DNA of 22,483 nt from Macrostomum lignano (Eukaryota), in the NCBI GenBank assembly GCA_002269645.1, contig NIVC01000394.1:1-22483 (forward strand), read 5' to 3'. Shown here in pieces: positions 1 to 9,900 of the stretch. Under the pieces are notes generated by a model. That model saw only the letters and a list, made by a program, of their open reading frames with translations, ran no database searches and was not told the origin of the DNA. Made by a program: the position numbers and the translations under genes. Position 1 is the first letter of the stretch, and every line of letters begins with the position of its first letter.

Positions 1-556
1 ATGACCCAAACTATCTATGACTAAAGCTGTCTACGACCCAACCTATCTATGACTAAAGCTGTCTACGACCCAACCTGTCTATGACTAAGGCTTCTATGAC
101 CCAAACTATCTATGACTAAAGCTGTATATGACCCAACCTGTCTATGACTAAAAGTTGTCTATGACTAAAGCTTCTATGACCTAAACTATCTATGACTAAA
201 GCTGTCTATGACACAACCTGTCTATGGCTAAAGCTGTCTATGACCCAACCTGTCTATGACTGAAGTTGTCTATGACACAACCTGTCTATGGCTAAAGCTG
301 TCTATGACCAACCTGTCTATGACTGAAGTTGTCAATGACCCAACCTGTCTATGACTAAAGCTGCCTATGACCCAACCTGTCTATGACTGAAGTTGTCTAT
401 GACCCAACCTATCTATGACTGAAGTTGTCTATGACCCAACCTGTCTATGACTGAAGTTGTCTATGACATAACCTGTCTATGACTAAAGCTGCCTATGACC
501 CTAACTATCTATGACTAAAGCTGTCTATGCTCAAACAGTCTATGACCCAACCTGTT
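1..556. repeat. Minisatellite, 32-bp unit built from two 16-bp halves (ctatgacccaacctgt + ctatgactaaagctgt); runs off the window edge
   Basis: Direct tandem periodicity of ctatgac about every 16 bp. Confidence 0.95.
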
Positions 557-916
557 TATTACCAAAACTGCATGGACCAAACTGAAGCAGTCAGAAATTG
601 TCCAAACAAAACAAGCGGATTGAATTAGTCATTTTCTACTACTAGTAAAGAAAACACAAAACCAGCGGGACCTACACTTCGTGATGGCTATTTCTGCTTA
701 ATTAGTGCCAACAGAAGCAAAATGAAATTGAAAACAAATCAGTTAACGTCAACTAAGCTCACTGATACATTGATTAGAAAACAATCCCACTACCAATACA
801 AACGCTGTCTATAGCTGTTTATAAATTAAAACGCAAAAACACGCAGGAAGCCATAGTGAAATATTACAGCAGTAATAATAGTGCAGTAGTATTAGTGCGT
901 ATGTACTAATGCTCAC

Positions 917-928
917 CTCCAGCAGATC
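917..928 (-). CDS. Candidate 12-nt microexon GAT CTG CTG GAG (DLLE)
   Basis: tactaat branch point, ...catacactgcag|GATCTGCTGGAG|gtgagc; phase 0 to 0; peptide fits the helix-C register. Confidence 0.7.
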
Positions 929-3900
929 CTGCAGTGTATGCAATGTGTGCAATTAGTAGCATGCAACGTACACAAAGAGACTGTATCGAGACTAAACTAA
1001 ATTTATGAAAATGCAAATTTAATTATTTAATTAGCATCAACACGAGTGCAGATCGAAATTCAAGGCATGCAAACGGCTACATGGTGCGAATTTGAAAACT
1101 TTGTTAAAATGAACACCAAAAATTAAAAAATTGTTTTTCTTTTACTAAAAACTAAGTCTAGTTAGCACTGTTTTATGAAACTACTTCTTTTGTAAGTAGC
1201 ATATGTAAAATGTTAATTCAAATTCAGACTTGCGTAATTATTGCACTGGAAACTCACTTTTAGCCTACTATGAGTAGGCGAAAAGCGTATGCTATGTCTA
1301 AAACTGATTTATTGCCTTGAAAACACCAAAACAATTAAAATTACCGTGCACTGAGCCAGCAGAGTCTGGTACTTGGATGACAATTGCAGCAATCGAGTGG
1401 AAATCTGCGGACTTCTTGTGGTTTTCTCGAGCTGATCGCCCAGCGATTGCAATTTGTCCAGATCTGCTTTGCGGTTGTGAATCTCCTCTTGGATCACCTG
1501 GGAAGCGCGAATAAATGTTGATTTAGAGGCCTAAAATATATTTTTCCAAACCTTAAAGTTATAAAATAGACAAGAAAAATTAATTTTGCCATTTTCTCAT
1601 AAGTTGGCCAATTTGCCGATATGTTGAGTAGAAAACATTTGAAAGGACGCGGAAATTAAAACGATGGGGCACAGACAGTGTGCGAGACGGTAGGAACACG
1701 TCATGCATGTGCTCGGAAAGGAATCGAAATATGATGATAATTTAAGTTGTCATTTTAAAATCAGGTGTAATCAGAGTAATTTATCTCTCAAGTCATGACA
1801 ATTTAACAGTTGTACGAGCTGTCTAAACAATTTTATGCATACAATCCTAGAATTTATAACTTTTACAAGCGCATATGCGTAATTCTCTACTGCTATACTG
1901 ACTGCCAGTAGTATCATGGGGATATATATATACGTAAAGACTTAACCGTAAAAATGCATTAATATGTTCGATTTTACACAAGGAAAACGTACTACACCCA
2001 AGTTTAGGAAGGACAAGAAAGGTGATTTTTAAATTCAATTTTCACTTTGTGACTAGCGAAATTATAGCCTCACCCTCGTGTGGACCCATTTTATCAGTAG
2101 AAAATTCTGCGAGTTTGAATTTTTTGTTTTAACGAAAGCTTACATCATTTCTTAGAAATTTTCGTTTCTTAGAAAAATTAAACACAAAATACGAAGCACA
2201 TCGAATTAAATTATTTATCGAAATTGAGAACAAATAAATAAATAGCCAGTCAACAAAATGAAATGGATTGATTGACTGTGCTAATTTCAGATCTGAGATG
2301 CACCGCAGAGCACAAGAGTGCTGACATTCTAAGAAAAACACTAAAAAAGCTGTTTAAATTTACCGAAACTGATCTAACACGACGGCGGGTGAAGGCCTGG
2401 ATGCGCGAGGGTTGTGAGAAATTCTATTGAAATTGTAAATAAGGATTTCGGAGAGAATTTCCAGCAAGGTGATTCAATAGGGATTTTAAACTGGGTTGGA
2501 TGCGAATATGAAAATCGCCATAAAAAATGGATTTGCCGATTATATGGCAATTTTGGATGAGGATTTTCCAATACGTCACATATGGATCCCTGGCATTTTC
2601 TGTAGGTAGAAGAGGGGATTTCCCTGTAGGTAGCATGGGGATTTCCCTGTAAGTAGCATAGGGATTTCCCAGTAGATAAAATAGTAATTTACTATTAAAA
2701 GATTATACGGGTTGATTCAGGTAAACTATTAAAAATGTTACCTGTGCAGGTAAAAAAAGCGCGGAGAACCCCCGGCCTCGACGCCTACCTGGAAGTCCCT
2801 GGCCTGCCGCTGCTTGGTCTCCAGGCTGACGCTGGGCTCGGGGCCCCGCCGCAGTCGGTTCTCGGCGTCCTGCAGCCAGTCGGCAAACCGCTGGCAGCCG
2901 TCGGAGAAGCTGCGCCACTGCTCAACGCCGCGGCCGAGCCGGGCTTCGGCGTCGTCTACGCCGGCCAGGAGGGTCGCGAGTTCGCGTCGCAGCTGGGACA
3001 CGGTGTCGCTAGCGGCTGACGAAGGGCGATTGCGCGACAGGTAGTCACCTGCGGCAGCCGCCTTGTCGACGAGGGACTGATTTGGGAGAAAGGGAATTTG
3101 TTAAATGAGATTTGGGACAATGGGATTTCGTTTAATGGCATTTGGAGAATGGGATTTCGTTTGATGGGATTTGGGAGAATGGGATCTCGTTTAATGGCAT
3201 TTGGAGAATGGGATTTCGTTTGATGGGATTTGGGAGAATGGGATTTCGTTTAATGGCATTTGGGAGAATGGGATTTCGTTTGATGGGATTTGGGAGAATG
3301 GGATTTCGTTTGATGGGATTTGGGAGAAAGGGAATTTGTTAAATGAGATTTGGGACAATGGGATTTCGTTTAATGGCATTTGGGAGAATGGGATTTCGTT
3401 TGATGGGATTCGGGAGAATGGGATCTCGTTTAATGGCATTTGGGAGAATGGGATTTCGTTTGATGGGATTTGGGAGAATGGGATTTCGTTTGATGGGATT
3501 TGGGAGAAAGGGAATTTGTTAAATGGGATTTGGGACAATGGGATTTTGTTTAATGGGATTTGGGAGAATGGAGTTCGTTTGATAGGATTTGCGAGAATGG
3601 GATTTCGTTCGATGGGATTTGGGGGAATGGGATTTCGTTCGATGGGATTTGGGGGGATGGGATTTGGAGAATCAGAATTTGATCAATGTGCAATTTAGAT
3701 TTAAAAAAGGATTTCAAAAGTGGATTTCTGGGAAATTGGAGAATTTCAGCTGATGGTATTTCGCCTCAAATGGAGTTTCAATGTCTCACCTGTCCCTCCC
3801 GATTTGCCTCGGTCCTCAGCGCTTCGGCCAGCTCCAGCCGGGCCTCCAGGTCAGCCCGGCCGCCCGTCATGTCGGCCGTCCGGCCGAGCCGCGTCTGCGC

Positions 3901-6900
3901 CTGCGCCAGCCAGGCGGCGGCCCGCTGAGCGGCGAGAGCGAACTCCTCCTGGCCGGACACGGCCGTCTCCAGCTCGGACACGCGTCCGGCCAGACTCGCC
4001 TGGGTGCGGTTGGATTTATGGGATTCTTGGGATGATTATGGTATTTTTTCGATCTTTGGGATCACTGTGGGATCTTTGAGATACTTGTGGGATCTTTGGG
4101 ATCTTTGGGATCACTGTGGGATCTTTGAGATACTTGTGGGATCTTTGGGATCTTTGGGATCATTGTGGGATCTTTGAGATACTTGTGGGATCTTTGGGAT
4201 CTTTGGGATCACTGTGGGATCTTTGAGATACTTGTGGGATCTTTGGGATCTTTGGATCACTGTGGGATCTTTGAGATACTTGTGGGATCTTTGGGATCTT
4301 TGGGATCATTGTGGGATCTTTGAGATACTTTGAGATCTTTGGAATCTTTGTAGGATCTCTGGGATATTTTTGGAATCTTTAGGATCATTGTGGAATTTTT
4401 AGGATCGCTGTGAGATCTTTGGGATATTTTTGGGATCTTCGGGATCATTGTGGAATTTTTAGGATCGTTTTGGGGTCTTTGGAATCTTTTTTGGGATCTT
4501 CGGGATCATTGCGGGATCTTTTGGATCATTTTTGGGTTCATTGTGGGATCTTTGGGATCATTGAGTGATCTTTTGAATCATTGCGAGATCTTTTTGGAAT
4601 TCCAATATGCTTTTTAAAATAGCTAATGACGTTTTTGAATAATTAAAGAGATTTTTAAGTAGATTTTTGGACTCAATCAAAGCTGCTCTTGAACCGGCGC
4701 CCCACCTGCAGCCTGGAGAACCTCCGGCACAGAGAGTCGGCCGCCTCCCGCGCCTGCTGAGCCTCGCTGCCGGCAACGACCCCGGAGCCGGCGGCGGCGG
4801 CGCCAACCTCGGCGGCGCGCTCGGCCAGGCGGGCGAAGGCGCCGGACTTGGCGTCGACCTCCTTGGCGAGCGCGCGGAGTCGCTCCAGCGCCGCTTTGCG
4901 CTCCTCGAGCTGCTGCTGCTCGGCTGTCGGGTCGTCCTTTCTCGATTTTGACGACGTCGGCACCAGAGCGCCGGCGGTCGACGCGCGCGCCTCGGCGTCG
5001 GTTAGCCAGGCCTCCAGCTCGCCGCCAGCACGTCGACATTCGCGCGCGGCGCCGACTGCCGCTTCTGCGCGGGTTCGGGCCTCGGCGGTGGCGCCGGCGG
5101 CTTTGTCGAACAGGTCGCGAAGGCTGGCTAGGCGGGAGCGGATCTGGGAGGATGGGGGTCGGCAGGCAAGGGTAAGGAGGCTGAGCACTCGGAAGGGGGT
5201 CAATGACGTCCCGTACTTCGATCTGCGATATTTAGAACAATCTATATAATAGGCACATTGACCCCCCAATTCCATTATACAATGGGGGCATTGACCCCTA
5301 ATTCCATAATAATAAAACATAACAATGGGGACATTGACCCCCAATCCTATTATACAATGGGAACATTGACCCCCAATTCTATTATACAATACAATGGGGG
5401 CATTGACCCCCCAATCCCATGATACAATGGGGACATTGACCCCCCAATCCCATTACACAATGGGGGCATTGACCCCCAATCCTATTATACAATGGGACAT
5501 TGATCCCCCAATTTCATTATACAATGGGGACATTGATTCCCCAATCCCAAAATATAAGGGGACAGTGACCCCCCCAATCCCACTATATAATGGACCCATT
5601 GACCCCCAATCCCATTATACAATGGGGACATTGACCCCCCAATCCCAAAATATAAGGGGACAGTGACCCCCCAATCCCACTATATAATGGACCCATTGAC
5701 CCCCAATCCCATTATACAATGGGGACATTGACCCCCCAATCCCATTATGCAATGGGGACATTGACCCCCAATCCCATTATACAATTGGGCATTGACCCCC
5801 CAATCCTATTATACAATGGGGCATTGACCCCACGCAAACAAAGCGGCCAGCCAACCTGCTCCTGTCCGGCTCGGCCAGTGTCCGGCAGAACTCGGTCGGC
5901 CAGTTCTGATGCCGACCTCAGGCGACCCCGGCCGGCCTCCAGCTGAGTCTGCAGCTCGGCCAGGCGCTCGGCGTCGCCACCGGCCGCGCCCAGTCGGTCC
6001 TCGGCGGCCGTGAGCCACTGCTCCAGGTCGGCCAGGCTGGCGTCCAGGTCGGCGTGCGCCTGCCATCGGGCTGCGCTCTGACGCGACGCCTCGGCGGCCG
6101 CCCGGCAAGCGGTCTGGTGCCGCGCCGCCAGCTGCTGGCCCCGCTGCCCGCAGCCCAGCGACTGCGCCCTCTCGGCGATGGCCTCCAGCTCGGCCAGGCG
6201 GTCCGGCGACGCCGCGGCCGCGTGTCGACGCTGAGCTTCTTCGGCGCGGCGACGTTTCGCGTCGGCAGTTTCATCGAGAGCGTCACCAACTGATGAGTCG
6301 GCGCCGCGGGCGAGCTGGGCTTCGATGTCGGACAGCCAGGCGGCGAAAGCAGCGCTTCGGTCGTTGAAATCGCGCCAGGCCTCGCCGGTTCGTTCGAGGC
6401 GTCCGGCAGCGTCGCCGGCCAGCTGGCGAAGGTCGTCGAGATCGGCGGCGGCGGCGGCGACTTCCTGGCGAAGTCGCGACTGCCCAGCTGCCGATGTGGC
6501 TTCCATAGCGTCGTCGGCCAGTTGACGAAGTCGGCGCAGGCGCTCCTCGCCCTCGCCGTCGAGCTCGGCTTTGGCCGCCCTGGCCGAGGCGAGGTCGCGT
6601 CCGGCGGTGTCGGCGTCCGTCGGCGGTGAGGAAGTCGGCGAGGCTGACAAGCCGGCGAGGTGGTCGCGGCGCTGGCGCAGCCAAGAAGCGGTGTCGGTGG
6701 CGGCCTGCTGGTAGCGCTGGTGCCGGTCCTGGGCGGCCTCGGCCGCGGTCACGGCGTCCGCGGACAGCTGGACGAGAGCATCATAGTCGGCCAGGAGTTG
6801 ATCAGATGGCCGGCCGAGGCGACGGCAGCCGGCCGCGGCGGATTCGAGCACGGGACGGTAGGCGGTGACGGCCTGCTGAGCCTCGCGAGCGCGCTGGGCG

Positions 6901-9900
6901 GCGGCCCGCTTCTCGGCCAAGTCGGCGGGGAGCGGCTGCTCGCGTAGGCGGGACGACTGGAATTGGGGTTCGGGATTGTGTGATATGTGCATGTGAATTG
7001 TTCACAGATGCCATGGATTCACGGATGCCATAGATTCACAGATTCCATAGATTCACAGATTACATAGATTCACAGATTACATAGATTCACAGATTACATA
7101 TGTTCACAGATTCCATAGATTCACAGATTACATAGATTCACAGATTCCATAGATTCACGGATGCCATAGATTCACAGATTACATAGATTCACAGATTACA
7201 TAGATTCACAGATTACATAGATTAACAGATTCCATAGATTCACAGATTCCATAGATTCACAGATTACATAGATTCACAGATTACATATATTCACAGATTC
7301 CATAGATTAACAGATTCCATAGATTCACAGATTCCATAGATTCACGGATTACATAGATTCACAGATTACATAGATTCACAGATTCCATAGATTCACAGAT
7401 TCCATAGATTCACGGATGCCATAGATTCACAGATTGCATAGATTCACAGATTACATAGATTCACGGATGCCATAGATTCACAGATTACATAGATTCACAG
7501 ATTCCATAGATTCACGGATGCCATAGATTCACAGATTGCATAGATTCACAGATTACATAGATTCACGGATGCCATAGATTCACAGATTACATAGATTCAC
7601 GGATGCCATAGATTCACAGATTACATAGATTCACAGATTCCATAGATTCACGGATGCCATAGATTCACAGATTACATAGATTCACAGATTCCATAGATTC
7701 ACGGATGCCATAGATTCACAGATTCCATAGATTCACGGATGCCATAGATTCACAGATTGCATAGATTCACAGATTCCATAGATTCACGGATGCCATAGAT
7801 TCACAGATTGCATAGATTCACAGATTACATAGATTCACGGATGCCATAGATTCACAGATTACATAGATTCACAGATTCCATAGATTCACGGATGCCATAG
7901 ATTCACAGATTACATAGATTCACAGATTCCATAGATTCACGGATGCCATAGATTCACAGATTCCATAGATTCACGGATGCCATAGATTCACAGATTGCAT
8001 AGATTCACAGATTCCATAGATTCACGGATGCCATAGATTCACAGATTGCATAGATTCACAGATTACATAGATTCACGGATGCCATAGATTCACAGATTAC
8101 ATAGATTCACAGATTCCATAGATTCACGGATGCCATAGATTCACAGATTACATAGATTCACGGATGCCATAGATTCACAGATTGCATAGATTCACAGATT
8201 ACATAGATTCACGGATGCCATAGATTCACAGATTACATAGATTCACAGATTCCATAGATTCACGGATGCCATAGATTCACAGATTCCATAGATTCACGGA
8301 TGCCATAGATTCACAGATTGCATAGATTCACAGATTACATAGATTCACGGATGCCATAGATTCACAGATTACATAGATTCACAGATTCCATAGATTCACA
8401 GATGCCATAGATTCACAGATGCCATAGATTCACAGATTACATAGATTCGCAAATTTTATAAATTCACAGATTCCATAAATTCAGAATTCACAGCCCTCCA
8501 TAGATTTACAGATTCCATAGATTCACAGATTCCATAGATTCACAGATTCCATAGACTCACAGATTTTATCGATCCACAGACGGAATAGATTCACAGATGG
8601 AATCGATTCCCAGATGGAATAGGTTCACAGGGTTCACAGATTCTACCGATTCACCGATTCCTCAGATTCACAGGGTTCACAGATTCTATCGATTTACAGC
8701 TTCCTCAGATTCACAGATTCCATAGATTCACAGAGTTCACAGATTCCATAGATTCACAGAGTTCACAGATTCCATAGATTCACAGAGTTCACAGATTCCA
8801 TAGATTCACAGAGTTTACAGATTCCATAGATTCACAGAGTTCACAGATTCCATAGATTCACAGAGTTCACAGATTCCATAGATTCACAGAGTTCACAGAT
8901 TCCATAGATTCACAGAGTTCACAGATTCCATAGATTCACAGAGTTCACAGATTCCATAGATTCACAGAGTTCACAGATTCCATAGATTCACATAATTCTA
9001 TAAAATCCTAAAAAATATTTAGCCGTTTACCTGGTCAGCCAGCCAGCGCTGCACCCGCTCCACTGTGTCGTCGTGCTCGGCCCACTCCATCTGGCGTTTG
9101 TCCACGGCGGCTCGGGCGTCGTGCAATTCCTGGGTGAACGTCTCCCATCGGCGTTGCAGCTCGGACAGTCGATCTCGAATGGCTGGCCGGCCTTTCGGCG
9201 CCGTGTTCTGCTCGGCCTTGTCTGCCCAGTGGCCGGCGGCCTGCAGCAACACCTGACCTTCCTCCTTGGTCAGTGACAGGTCGTTTACTCTGAAATTTGA
9301 GCAATTAATCATGTTTTAAATATCACTTGTAATCAACACACTACTTGTAGTAGGACAAAAGCAGATTGTAAAACAAAGAGATCCAGCGTGATATGGCAAA
9401 CGACACGGGTTCGAATCTTTTTTCACTTGGATTTATCATCCATTAAATTTTCAAGTTTTTCGTCGATCAAAATAATTTCTCGCAAATTACACTTTCAACC
9501 TACTGTTAGTAGGATTCAACAAAACTACACTTAAAAACGTACCTATCCAGCTGGCGCTGCAGTTCGTATTTGTCCGCCTCTCCGGACTCGCGCCCGGTGG
9601 CGGCCAGCCGTTCGGCCGCGGCGCCGATCCATCGCTCGGCTTCGTCGGCGTTGCGCTGGAATTCTGCGTGATCGTCTGCGTGCGATCGGAGCTTCTGAGC
9701 ATGCTCCCTGGCCAGCGCCTCCAGAGCGTGGTACCTGGCTCCAGTCTTAGCCAGTTGGGTGCTGACGCGCAGATCAACTCCGGTGTCCTGCAGCAGGTCG
9801 GCGACAGCTCGGACAGGGCCTCCAGATCCACCTGTTTCTCGGCGATCTCCGTCTCCAAGGCCTCCTGAGCGGCGGCCAGTCGTCGCTTGTCGTCGAGATC

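Noticed and set aside
2074-2106. 33-nt in-frame cryptic exon (NFLLIKWVHTR) with cag|...|gtgagg
   Set aside because: No pyrimidine tract, non-spectrin peptide, and it would interrupt helix B (RDFQ|VIQEEI).
3142-3698. Repetitive ORFs (ENGISFDGIW)n, (SQIPSNEIPF)n and similar ORFs at 4257-4448, 5394-5946, 19763-20251
   Set aside because: Stop-free translations of minisatellites whose unit happens to be a multiple of 3 or to lack stops; several frames are open at once; no independent gene signals.
9380-9425. Isolated B-box-like GGTTCGAATC (9408-9417, + strand) followed by a T run
   Set aside because: No convincing A box at the proper distance; could be a SINE fragment but cannot be supported.
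9788-9831. 44-nt GT-AG mini-intron that would repair the exon 11 frameshift
   Set aside because: It would delete VDLEALSELxADLLQ, which is clearly helix-B coding sequence with exon-like GC content; a 1-nt indel is simpler.
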